From a virus (taxonomy: Duplodnaviria > Caudoviricetes): a DNA stretch of 64,000 bases. Each line of letters begins with the position of its first letter. Position 1 is the first letter of the stretch. The stretch is taken from positions 15,149 to 79,148 of the IMG/VR virus record IMGVR_UViG_3300028586_000020; one strand, written 5' to 3'. The translations under genes were made by a program, and so were the position numbers. Under the pieces are notes generated by a model. The model saw only the letters and a program-made list of their open reading frames with translations. It was not told the origin of the DNA and did no database searches. Of this stretch, positions 38,545 to 47,714 are shown piece by piece.

Positions 38545-41500
38545 ATGCTGCTTGACTTTAATCTCTTTTATCGCAACTACGGCTTGCGGCGCGTCGAACA
38601 ATTGATGGCGCCACGCTTTGGTCACTTGGAAAACTTCCAACTGCCCCGTCGTGCGATTTTCCATAGTGCGCACGGAAGCCCTAACCAGTATGGTCCGTCC
38701 GATAACGACGTGGCGCTGCAAGGATTTTCAGCTGCGATCATGAAAGACAACCGGGTCGTGCAGAAAGCGCAAGCGCGCAACATCTGGATGCACCACGTGT
38801 TAAAGCTCGCGCCGGGCTATCTGGGACAGCCACAAAACCAATCGACCCAGCCCGCAGCGTTGATTCGCCAATACCACCAACATTACCGTCGCTTCCGCAA
38901 CTCGCAAGATGAGAAAGCGCTGGCCGATGTGAACAGTTTGATGGTGTACAACTACAATGTCTTGCCGCACTTGCTGCGCTACCCGCGCGGTCAGTTCAAT
39001 CAGTACCTGGAATGGTACAACATTGAGCGCACGATGTGGTCGGAAATTGCCCGGTTAGCCCAGATCAGTGACCGACCGCAATTCGTGTTGTGTCATGTGC
39101 CACAAGTATTGCCCCCGCGCTCGATCCTGCAACAATACGATACCATGGAGCCGAGCAAACCGCTCGCCCGTGTTACCAAAGTGTTCTATTCGAACGATCA
39201 CTTGTTCTTAGGGGAAGTGTGGAAATGGTTTGGTGAAAACCGCCGTCAGTCGCTCATCGGGCTAGTGCCACGCAAATACCTGAACCGGGTTAACTTGGTG
39301 TTCTTGGAGTCGGGTCAGTGGACAACGGTGAACTTGGGGATGCTCGATTCGTGGCGTAAACCGCAGCCCGATGAAATGTTCCCCAACGAAGAAGTGCGTC
39401 CGAACTTGATTGCGCCTCTCACCTTCCAAAACCGCATTCTGCGTTTCTTCATGTCAGTCACGCAGTTGCGTTCGGTCGCCCCTGCCGAAATAACCGACCT
39501 CAATACCCACCAGGTATTGGATGCCGACGACAAAGAAGAGTTAAAGAAAGAGTTGGCGACGATTACCAAAGTCGACAGTGGCCCGGCGGTGACGAACGCT
39601 ACCACGGGCACCACCTCGATCGCCACGACCCAACTCAAAGCACAGCTCAATAGTCCTGCCGACGATAAACCGGACGATACCGCTGAGAGCGTCAAGGTCG
39701 ATGCCAATCTCGACGCTTCGATCGATGCGGAATTGGCGGAGATGGAAAAGGCGCTAGCAACCCCCGAAGACGAGAGCGATGCAACAGCGCAAAACATTTT
39801 GGCCAAGCGCGAAGCTTGGATCACCACACCGCAAGCCGTGGACGCAGTCATTCCACCGCTCGAACGACCTTCGCACGAAGAAGCGCTGTTGCGTATTGCC
39901 AAGAACAACTTGGCCAGCGGTGCCATTACGGCTGCCCAGTATCGTAACTACGAACGCGTGGCCCATGCGTATAAGTCGATGAAGGCACCAGAAGGCAACA
40001 TGTCGCTGGAGCAGTTCATCAACATCTCGCCTGAGTCGCTCTTGATCAGCGAATCGAAAGCGATGCCCGACATCGAGACTGTGCCGGATAAATCGATGCT
40101 CAAGTCATCGCTGCTGGACTTCGATCAACGCTATACCAAAGAGATCATGCAGCGTGACGTGGCATCGATGGTGATGTGCTTTGCACAAGCTGGCTACGGC
40201 GTAACGGAATACGAGGTGGAGAAAGTAGACAGCCTGATGGGGGCGTACAACATGTACACGGTGCGGGTTCTCCCAACCGACGGCGCAGCTTCCACGGTAC
40301 GCTTTAAGTTGCCCATCATCGAGCCCGACGGCAGTTACATGGCCAATGGGGTGAAGTACACCATGCGTAAGCAGCGTGGTGATATCCCAATTCGTAAAAC
40401 GGCGCCAGACACAGTCTCACTCACGAGCTACTACGGCAAAGCGTTTGTGCGGCGTAGTGAAAAGAAAGTCAACAACTACGCCATGTGGTTGACGAACAAC
40501 CTGATGGCCAAGATGTTGGACGATGCCGACAACAGCATCACCAATGGTCACCCAGGCGACATGTCAGACAACACAGCCAAGGTGCCACGTCTGTATTCGA
40601 TTATCGCATCGGCCTTCAACGGTTTCACGCTGACAACGAGTGCGCTTTCAGGACCCATCGGCGCTACCGCTTTCCAAATGTCGTTTGACCATACCAAGCG
40701 TGAAGAATTGTTTGGTAAAGATGCCATGGCCAAATACGAGAAAGATGGCGCTATTTTGGCCGGAGTCTCATCCACCAAGTCGCATTACTTCTTGATCGGT
40801 AAAGCAGGTCTCTGTACGTTAGTCGGTCCGACCTTAACGGGCGAAGACCAAGTTACGGAAATGGCGTTTGAACAGATCGTGGGGTTGGACCGGATGAAAG
40901 CGCCGGTCGACATTGCCGTCATGAAAGTGTCGGGCAGTGCCATTCCGCTGGGTGTGATCTTGGCGTATGAAATGGGCCTTGATCCAATGCTCGCATTACT
41001 GAAGTCAAAGATTCGCCGTGTCCCTGCGGGAACGCGGATGAATTTGGGACTCAATGAAGAAGCGGTGATCTTCAACGATGAAGCAGTGATCTTTGATAAG
41101 AACGATCGTTTGACGGGTTTGTTCTTGGGGGGTTTTAACGAGTACCACCGTCACATCCGTCGCTACAACGTGCACCTGTTCAATAGCAAAGAAGTCTACC
41201 TGAACGTGCTCGAAGCCGACGGCTTGGGCGTACGCTATATCCGCGAGATGAACTTGTTTTACCAAATGTTCATTGACCCGATTACACGTGACATCTTGAC
41301 CGAGATGAAAATGCCAACGGACATGCGGGCGCTGCTCGTGGTCGCTGGCACGATGCTCATGACAGATGACCACCCGGATGAACTGGACGGCGCATTCATG
41401 CGCTTGAAAGGGTATGAACGGATGGCCGGTGCCGTGTACTCGGAGATGGTCAAATCAATCCGTCAGCACAATAGCAGCGCAGGCAAATCGCGTTCGGCGT

Positions 41501-42978
41501 TGAACATGGACCCGTTCGCTGTCTTCACCGCCATCCAGACCGACCCATCGAAAGCGCTCGTTAACGAAATCAATCCGATCCAAAACCTGAAGGAACAGGA
41601 AGCTGTCACGTACAACGGCACCGGCGGTCGTAATAGCCGGACGATGACGAAGAAGACCCGTACGTACCACAAGAACGACATGGGCCTTATTTCGAGCGAT
41701 ACAGTCGATAGCTCGGATGTCGCGATCAACACTTCGACGTCGGCTGACCCACAGTTCACCTCACTGCGTGGACTAACGCGTCGTTACGATGATAGCATGG
41801 GTCGTACGGCTCTGTTGTCGACAGCGGTGTTGTTAGCGCCTGGCACCAGTAGCGATGACATGAAGCGCGCTAACTTTATCGGTATTCAGCACTCCCACAG
41901 CGTAGCGTGTGCCGGCTATCATCAAATGCCCGTAAGAACCGGTTACGAGCAAGTTGTAGCGCAGCGTACTGGTGACATGTTTGCCGCTGCCGCTACTCAA
42001 GATGGTAAAGTCATTTCGGTCGCACCAACCGGTGTGATTGTGCAGTATGCCGATGGCACCAAACAAGGCTATGAAGTCGGCCGCCGTTTTGGTAACGCAG
42101 CAGGTCTGGTGATTCCGCATGAAATCCGTGCGAACGTCAAGTTGGGAGACGAGTTCAAGAAGGGACACATTCTGATCTACAACACAGGCTTCTTCGAGCC
42201 TGATATGCTCAATCCGAACAATGTGGTATGGAAGGCAGGGTTGTTGGTAAAGACCGTGCTCATGGAAGTTCCAGAAACCTTGGAAGACTCTTCTGCCATC
42301 TCTGCGCGGATCACCGACCGCTTGACAACGAAAGTTGCTAAGCCGGTAGAAGTGGTCGTGACGTTCGACCAAGCCATCTCAAAACTGGTCAAAGAAGGGC
42401 AAGCCGTTTCGAGCGAAGATATTTTATGCATAATCGAGGACGCTGTCACCAGTCAGGCTAACCTGTTTGATGAGAATTCGCTCAACACCCTGAAGCTGCT
42501 GAGTAACTATGCTCCGCAAGCCAAAGTCAAAGGGATCGTTGAACGTATCGAAGTGTACTACCACGGTGAGAAGGAAGACATGAGCGATTCGCTGCGTGCG
42601 ATTGCAAATGCTGCCGACAAAACTTTGGCAGAACGTTTCAAGTCAACAGGACGCAAAGTCTTGACCGGTAGTGTCGATGAGGCATTCCGCGTAGGGGGCG
42701 AACCCTTGCAATTCGAGCATCTCTGTATTCGCTTTTACATCACCTCCGAAGTGGAAATGGGTGAAGGCGATAAAGGCGTATTTGCCAATCAAATGAAAAC
42801 CGTTGTTGGTAAGAAAATGGTTAGCGAATACAAAACAGAGAAAGGGGAAACCATCGATGCGGTATTCGGTGCGCAAAGTATCGATAACCGGATTGTGCTT
42901 TCGCCGTACATCATCGGTATGTACAACGTTCTCTTAGACCTGGCAGGCCAAGAAGCGGTCGCAGCATACGAGTCTTAA
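38545..42978 (+). CDS. rpoB: Virion RNA polymerase beta subunit, large N-terminal fragment (phiKZ gp178-like)
   Basis: SSDDMKRANFIGIQHSH, LEDSSAIS, GDKGVFANQMKTVV and IDAVFGAQSIDNRIV correspond to conserved beta regions. Confidence 0.93.
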   Translation: MLLDFNLFYRNYGLRRVEQLMAPRFGHLENFQLPRRAIFHSAHGSPNQYGPSDNDVALQGFSAAIMKDNRVVQKAQARNIWMHHVLKLAPGYLGQPQNQSTQPAALIRQYHQHYRRFRNSQDEKALADVNSLMVYNYNVLPHLLRYPRGQFNQYLEWYNIERTMWSEIARLAQISDRPQFVLCHVPQVLPPRSILQQYDTMEPSKPLARVTKVFYSNDHLFLGEVWKWFGENRRQSLIGLVPRKYLNRVNLVFLESGQWTTVNLGMLDSWRKPQPDEMFPNEEVRPNLIAPLTFQNRILRFFMSVTQLRSVAPAEITDLNTHQVLDADDKEELKKELATITKVDSGPAVTNATTGTTSIATTQLKAQLNSPADDKPDDTAESVKVDANLDASIDAELAEMEKALATPEDESDATAQNILAKREAWITTPQAVDAVIPPLERPSHEEALLRIAKNNLASGAITAAQYRNYERVAHAYKSMKAPEGNMSLEQFINISPESLLISESKAMPDIETVPDKSMLKSSLLDFDQRYTKEIMQRDVASMVMCFAQAGYGVTEYEVEKVDSLMGAYNMYTVRVLPTDGAASTVRFKLPIIEPDGSYMANGVKYTMRKQRGDIPIRKTAPDTVSLTSYYGKAFVRRSEKKVNNYAMWLTNNLMAKMLDDADNSITNGHPGDMSDNTAKVPRLYSIIASAFNGFTLTTSALSGPIGATAFQMSFDHTKREELFGKDAMAKYEKDGAILAGVSSTKSHYFLIGKAGLCTLVGPTLTGEDQVTEMAFEQIVGLDRMKAPVDIAVMKVSGSAIPLGVILAYEMGLDPMLALLKSKIRRVPAGTRMNLGLNEEAVIFNDEAVIFDKNDRLTGLFLGGFNEYHRHIRRYNVHLFNSKEVYLNVLEADGLGVRYIREMNLFYQMFIDPITRDILTEMKMPTDMRALLVVAGTMLMTDDHPDELDGAFMRLKGYERMAGAVYSEMVKSIRQHNSSAGKSRSALNMDPFAVFTAIQTDPSKALVNEINPIQNLKEQEAVTYNGTGGRNSRTMTKKTRTYHKNDMGLISSDTVDSSDVAINTSTSADPQFTSLRGLTRRYDDSMGRTALLSTAVLLAPGTSSDDMKRANFIGIQHSHSVACAGYHQMPVRTGYEQVVAQRTGDMFAAAATQDGKVISVAPTGVIVQYADGTKQGYEVGRRFGNAAGLVIPHEIRANVKLGDEFKKGHILIYNTGFFEPDMLNPNNVVWKAGLLVKTVLMEVPETLEDSSAISARITDRLTTKVAKPVEVVVTFDQAISKLVKEGQAVSSEDILCIIEDAVTSQANLFDENSLNTLKLLSNYAPQAKVKGIVERIEVYYHGEKEDMSDSLRAIANAADKTLAERFKSTGRKVLTGSVDEAFRVGGEPLQFEHLCIRFYITSEVEMGEGDKGVFANQMKTVVGKKMVSEYKTEKGETIDAVFGAQSIDNRIVLSPYIIGMYNVLLDLAGQEAVAAYES

Positions 42979-42981
42979 ATC

Positions 42982-43023
42982 CACAGGGCGGCTAACGCCG
43001 TCCTGTGTTTCCGTCTTCTTTTT
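42982..43023 (+). terminator. Rho-independent terminator
   Basis: CACAGGGCGGC-TAAC-GCCGTCCTGTG followed by a T-rich tract. Confidence 0.8.
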
Positions 43024-43041
43024 TAGTAACCAAAGGAAATC

Positions 43042-43239
43042 ATGAAAAACCTCTCATCGTTGCAAACCGTGGTAACGCTCGCCAATGCGGCTGAGCTTAC
43101 CGCAGGCATTGCAAAAGAAGTGCTCGGCAACGACGTCGCCGATTCGATCGAAGGCAGTGAACTGACCTCCGACGTCGTACGCGATATCGCCCTGGCCCAA
43201 ATCCAGACAAACCTGTCCACCCACAACGGGAGCGTTTAA
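43042..43239 (+). CDS. Small conserved protein (65 aa)
   Basis: AAGGA RBS; abuts the next gene. Confidence 0.65.
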   Translation: MKNLSSLQTVVTLANAAELTAGIAKEVLGNDVADSIEGSELTSDVVRDIALAQIQTNLSTHNGSV

Positions 43240-44667
43240 ATGCTCAGCACCAGCGCGATCTACAAAGCCATTGCCTTGGCTGACCAATTCGATGCTCGCA
43301 ACATCATCCTAAAACCCCTGGGCGGTTCGCCCCTGCACCACGTCATCGAAGCATGCTCGATCAAGCCGGAGATGGCTTCGAAGAACGAAGGCGGTACCGT
43401 CGACATCGACTTCTTCCGTATCGACCAAGCGGCTAATGCCAAAGAAGGCGTGTTCGATCGTTCGCGTCACGATTACGCCATGGCTGACTTCGTGAACCTG
43501 GGCGCCGAGACGGTGCGTCGTCAACTGAACGTGGCCCGTAACCTGGTTGCCCCGCGCGTGCGTAGCCTGCTCGAACTGACCACCATGCGTCTGGCCAATG
43601 CTCCGGTGTCGGATCTGTCGAAACTGCGCATCAGCGAAGAAGAAGACTGCCCAGCCATTTACGGTCCGAACCTGCGCAAACTCGTCGACCAGTACGCCAA
43701 TTACCACAACGCCGAACCAGCGCTGTCGATCACCGGTTCCGAACTCGGCACGGCCGACATCCTGAAATACCTGGAAACGGGCATCTCGTCGATCGATGAA
43801 GATCTGATCCCATGGGCCGCGTCCCAACCAGAATCGGTCCTGCAAGATGCATACCGCAGCTTCTTCACTATCCTGAATGGGCGCGATGGTCGTGGCTACT
43901 ACGGCCGCATCAACAAGTCGGTCGTGAAGATGGTGCTGGTGTATTGCATCGCCCGTCACCTGCTGGAAAACGACATCGTCCTCGACGGCGTGACCCAGGG
44001 CCTGAAAGAATACCGCGCCGCCCTGACTGCCATCATGGCCCAAAGCGCCCACCTCTTGACCATCGAGATGGAAAAGAATGATTCGGCAATCCAAAACGGC
44101 AGCTTGGTGCGTTCGATCACGGGCACCGAAATCCGTGTCTTCCCGCCAGTCTACCGCGAATGGCTGAAGAACGGCGGCAACACGGACGTGCTGTATGGCA
44201 TGGCCAATTCGGGCGAACCCAAGTTCACCGTCGATGCCATCAGCGAAAACGCCGACAAGTACATGAAGTCGTGGAACAACTACGCTTCGCTTGTCACCGC
44301 GCGTGACAGTCTCTCGCGGATGAACTTCCTGCGCGAGCAACTGATCCTGTCCTACGAAAGCATCATCGCTGCGCCGAACGAAGAGGGCGTCATGCCTGAC
44401 CCGATCGCCGTGCAAAACGAAATGAACGACTTCCGCGCTGTGCTGCGCACGATGTCGTCGATCGATGCCGAAGACCTGGAACTGATGTGCCTGAAGCTGG
44501 TCTGCCGTGCATCCTTCGCTGAAACCCCAGCGGAGATGATCCTGACCAAGATGGACGAAGAAACCAAGAAGAACCCGAAACTGTCGCCGCGTGAAGCTGG
44601 TGCGCTGGCAGTGATCTGGTACGTAGCAGCCTGGGTGTCGTCGCTCATCGAGCTCGACAACGCTTAA
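43240..44667 (+). CDS. Conserved virion head protein
   Basis: 475 aa with strongly C-ending codons (high-expression style); lies between the vRNAP beta and protease genes. Confidence 0.7.
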   Translation: MLSTSAIYKAIALADQFDARNIILKPLGGSPLHHVIEACSIKPEMASKNEGGTVDIDFFRIDQAANAKEGVFDRSRHDYAMADFVNLGAETVRRQLNVARNLVAPRVRSLLELTTMRLANAPVSDLSKLRISEEEDCPAIYGPNLRKLVDQYANYHNAEPALSITGSELGTADILKYLETGISSIDEDLIPWAASQPESVLQDAYRSFFTILNGRDGRGYYGRINKSVVKMVLVYCIARHLLENDIVLDGVTQGLKEYRAALTAIMAQSAHLLTIEMEKNDSAIQNGSLVRSITGTEIRVFPPVYREWLKNGGNTDVLYGMANSGEPKFTVDAISENADKYMKSWNNYASLVTARDSLSRMNFLREQLILSYESIIAAPNEEGVMPDPIAVQNEMNDFRAVLRTMSSIDAEDLELMCLKLVCRASFAETPAEMILTKMDEETKKNPKLSPREAGALAVIWYVAAWVSSLIELDNA

Positions 44668-44680
44668 ACGGTCAATCAAC

Positions 44681-45394
44681 GTGGATTATAGTAAACTGAT
44701 CCATGATGGCGAAAAGGCCAAGTCCGTTCTTGTTGAAATCGGTGATAAGTTGGTAACGAAGAAAAGTGTGAAAATCGTTATCCCTGCCCGGTTTGCAGAA
44801 CGAGGCTTGGCCTATGTGGGCATCGACACGAGTATTGTTGGCATCTTCGCGATTATCGTGGAAGACCAGTATTACGGTGTCTCGCTCGCCAACGCCATGA
44901 TGCGTATTACCCCAAGCTCCACCACCAAAGTCACTTACGACGATGATGAGTATTACGAGTTCACGTTTGACGCCGGAGCGACGGTTGTGCCATCGCTCCA
45001 ACTGGTGAAGATCGACACACTCGTGTACCAAATCTACGATGAGATCATTTCCAAAGGCCGCGTGCCTTGGTACTTGTCGTACGAACTAATGGGTATGCTC
45101 TTCGATACCGCCAAAGAACACGCTGGCGCCAACATCGGGCAGCAACAAGAAGTGACTGAACTCATGGTCTCTTTGATTGCGCGCGATGCAGAAGACCGTA
45201 CCAAGTATTATCGTCAAGTGATCGGTGAAGATCCCAAAAAGAAACTCGCCTTTATCCCGCTCCGGAGTGTGGCCTATGCTGCAACCAACACCCTCAACAA
45301 ACTCGCTGGCAGTTATGCGAAAGATGGTTTGGTTTCTGCGCTGGTCATGCCGACTGAACGGGTGGAGCGCCTTGAAGATTTACTGAGAAGGTGA
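44681..45394 (+). CDS. Conserved protein upstream of prohead protease (phiKZ gp176-like; possible additional vRNAP component)
   Basis: 237-aa ORF with GTG start; assignment by synteny only. Confidence 0.55.
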   Translation: MDYSKLIHDGEKAKSVLVEIGDKLVTKKSVKIVIPARFAERGLAYVGIDTSIVGIFAIIVEDQYYGVSLANAMMRITPSSTTKVTYDDDEYYEFTFDAGATVVPSLQLVKIDTLVYQIYDEIISKGRVPWYLSYELMGMLFDTAKEHAGANIGQQQEVTELMVSLIARDAEDRTKYYRQVIGEDPKKKLAFIPLRSVAYAATNTLNKLAGSYAKDGLVSALVMPTERVERLEDLLRR

Positions 45395-45437
45395 TAAATT
45401 TATCCCTAATTACGAAAAGCGAGAGTGATAAATAACC

Positions 45438-46238
45438 ATGTTTGGAAATCCTAACTCCGTAATTTTCGCCTGTACCTCACTTACTGGCGTTAACAAAGTT
45501 GGCACCTTAAAGAAGACGCCAGAAGGCTACTACCCGATGGTGGTGGGTGCGCTGAACGTCTTTAACTCCGGTGGTCAATTCTATCCCATCAATAACGAAG
45601 TGCGCGCGCTGTTCGAAGAATCGAGTTCGTTCATGCGTCGCGTGCAGCGTGGCGCGTTGCGGGGCGAGATGGGTCACCCCAAACCCCCACCGCGCAGTCT
45701 CAATCAGCAAGAACAGCGTCTGCTTGACCAAGAGTTCGTACGACGCAATCTGTCGATCTACGAAGAGCGGGTGTGTTGTCACCACATGAAAATTTGGCTG
45801 GACTTCGATTCTGTCAAAGACAAAGAGGGCAAACCTGTCATCTCAATCATGTCGCTCGTCAAGCCCAGTGGTGAACTTGGCCATGTGCTGGAAAAGCAAC
45901 TGGAAAATCCTTACGAAAACGTGTGCTTCTCGATCCGTTCGTTTACCGACAACCGCACCCGTTTCGGTGTGGAAGAACGTACCCTGAAAGAAATCGTCAC
46001 GTTTGATAACGTCAACGAACCCGGTATCGCAACTGCGGAACGTTGGACCTCGCCTTCGCTGGAAAGCGGATTTGAAATGGAAATGAGTCGTGGTCTGCTC
46101 GACAGCGCAATCATGATGAACCGCCCAGCTGGTATTTCGGCTGAGTCGATTATCGTTTCCCCAGCAGCATTGTACAATGCGCTGAACTGGTCACTCCCGA
46201 ACGAAAAAGCGCAGCGGCGCCCTTCGCAAGGTTGGTAA
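45438..46238 (+). CDS. Prohead (head maturation) protease (phiKZ gp175-like)
   Basis: RGEMGHP (His), CFSIRSF (Ser), IVTFDNVNEPG; C-terminal SLE/SAE self-cleavage-type sites. Confidence 0.9.
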   Translation: MFGNPNSVIFACTSLTGVNKVGTLKKTPEGYYPMVVGALNVFNSGGQFYPINNEVRALFEESSSFMRRVQRGALRGEMGHPKPPPRSLNQQEQRLLDQEFVRRNLSIYEERVCCHHMKIWLDFDSVKDKEGKPVISIMSLVKPSGELGHVLEKQLENPYENVCFSIRSFTDNRTRFGVEERTLKEIVTFDNVNEPGIATAERWTSPSLESGFEMEMSRGLLDSAIMMNRPAGISAESIIVSPAALYNALNWSLPNEKAQRRPSQGW

Positions 46239-46246
46239 ACCTACTA

Positions 46247-46277
46247 CCCCTCATCCTGCGGGATGGGGGGTCTTATG
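46247..46277 (+). terminator. Hairpin followed by TATG after the protease gene
   Basis: CCCC-T-CATCC-TGCG-GGATG-GGGGG then TCTTATG. Confidence 0.65.
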
Positions 46278-46288
46278 CCGTATGGTAC

Positions 46289-46312
46289 TAAATAGTTTTG
46301 ACACTATATCAC
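46289..46312 (+). promoter_or_regulatory. Putative early promoter, CTATATCAC
   Basis: TAAATAGTTTTGACA-CTATATCAC; one of three copies of the motif. Confidence 0.55.
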
Positions 46313-46419
46313 TATTTTGAATTGCAATAGTAGTTGTCATTATGCAAAAAAGCAATACAGAAATATCGGTCATCCACCTGCTATAGAGCAGATCCACCAT
46401 TCAAAGTAGAGGAATCAAA

Positions 46420-47007
46420 TTGGGTACTCCCGTCAATCCCCTGTGGGATAAAGTTCTGGTTGTGTTCAAAGGCCATGAGCACAAGCTGTCCAATGTGCTC
46501 GCCAAAGCCACACCTGGTACGGTCGAAATGGAACTCGACAAAATCGATCTGGACGCAACGACTGCTGAAGTACGTTACGACGACGCTGTCGAATGTGAAG
46601 ACATTGGCCGTGGCATGCCAATCTTCTACAAACACGAAGGCAAGTTTATCGTGTTCACTGGCCGGCAAACCGTGGAAACGGTGAAGACCCACGCCAAACC
46701 AAAACCTGACGGCAAACCCATTACCGTTACCGGCCGGCTGTTGTCGTCAGTGGCACTCAAGTCGATTCGCATTGTGAAAGACGTGCCTGTCGAACCAACG
46801 CCTGCCGCTGCACCGTTTAACCCGCCGCGCTTTACTGGTAGCATCAACCCACGCCCTACCGAGCGCCGCGTGCCTTACCAAGACCGTCCTCGCCCGACGA
46901 GTTCGAGCATGTATCCCCCGCAGTCCAGTTCGTCGCGTTACGATTCACCCTATCCTGGTCAAACTGCCCGTACGCCCTACGGTAAGTCGACCAAAAAACC
47001 GCAGTAA
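46420..47007 (+). CDS. Hypothetical protein, possibly with a degenerate ParB/Srx-like fold and a disordered Pro/Arg/Ser/Tyr tail
   Basis: TTG start with AGAGGA RBS. PIFYKHEGKFIVFTGRQTV resembles ParB-type P....G.y.i.dG..R. Confidence 0.6.
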   Translation: MGTPVNPLWDKVLVVFKGHEHKLSNVLAKATPGTVEMELDKIDLDATTAEVRYDDAVECEDIGRGMPIFYKHEGKFIVFTGRQTVETVKTHAKPKPDGKPITVTGRLLSSVALKSIRIVKDVPVEPTPAAAPFNPPRFTGSINPRPTERRVPYQDRPRPTSSSMYPPQSSSSRYDSPYPGQTARTPYGKSTKKPQ

Positions 47008-47026
47008 TCTTTGTAGTACCGTTTAT

Positions 47027-47162
47027 GCTAGAGGTGGCCGAGTGGCTGAAGGCAGGTCCGCTGAACCGAGAAAGATGAAAATCCTATCGGAGGTAGATAC
47101 CTGGAAGGGTGAGTTAATCTCACCGGAGTAAGGCATGGGTTCGAATCCCATCCTCTAGCGCC
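47027..47162 (+). tRNA. Atypical tRNA-like element (Ser-type D arm, 8-bp acceptor stem, expanded anticodon region)
   Basis: GCTAGAGG/CCTCTAGC acceptor stem, G discriminator then CC; TG-GCC-GAGTGGCTGAA-GGC D arm; ATGGG-TTCGAAT-CCCAT T arm. About 80 nt separate the D and T arms and no canonical anticodon arm is present. Confidence 0.65.
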
Positions 47163-47204
47163 TTGTTTTAACCCGTAGTACATACCACCAAAAAGGAAAC
47201 CAGT

Positions 47205-47714
47205 ATGAGTACCGATAAAGCCGACATCAAGCTGAACCCAGCCGTCGAAGAAATGTCCAGCAAGATCCGCGAAGCCATCAGCGTCACGATCACCGGTAAA
47301 GGCGGCGACGTCGCTAACGCCGAGAACATCTACGAAAGCCTGCTGCCTGCTGACATCCCTGCCGACCTGGTCAAGCGCATCAATACCCACAACGAAATGT
47401 TCATGGCTGCCGCCGTCGACGCCGTCGGCGATACCTCGCGCGACTCCGCTTCCCAGAACGCCGACCTGACCGTCGTCAACGCCAGCTTCAACATGACCGG
47501 CCGCAACAAGTTCGATGTCCAATGGGACCGCGAAGTCGAACGCAACGCCGGCATCGCCGAAAAGGGCAAAGTCGCACCGAAGAAAACCGTCTACGGCGCC
47601 ATGTCGGCCAAGCTGACCGTGGCAGGCACCGATAGCGGCACCGGCGAAATGAACAAGGTCATGCGTCGCCAGAAACAAGCCGCCCACGACCTGTTCTCGA
47701 CCGCCACCGCCTAA
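47205..47714 (+). CDS. Hypothetical protein with high-expression codon usage
   Basis: 169 aa, AAGGA RBS, strongly C-ending codons. Confidence 0.8.
   Translation: MSTDKADIKLNPAVEEMSSKIREAISVTITGKGGDVANAENIYESLLPADIPADLVKRINTHNEMFMAAAVDAVGDTSRDSASQNADLTVVNASFNMTGRNKFDVQWDREVERNAGIAEKGKVAPKKTVYGAMSAKLTVAGTDSGTGEMNKVMRRQKQAAHDLFSTATA

Noticed and set aside
47108-47124. Hairpin GGTGAG-TTAAT-CTCACC as an ochre-suppressor anticodon arm that could read through the TAA at 6642-6644
   Set aside because: With a 7-nt loop the triplet is TAA (Leu), not TTA; the loop lacks a purine at 37 and is not in the canonical position.
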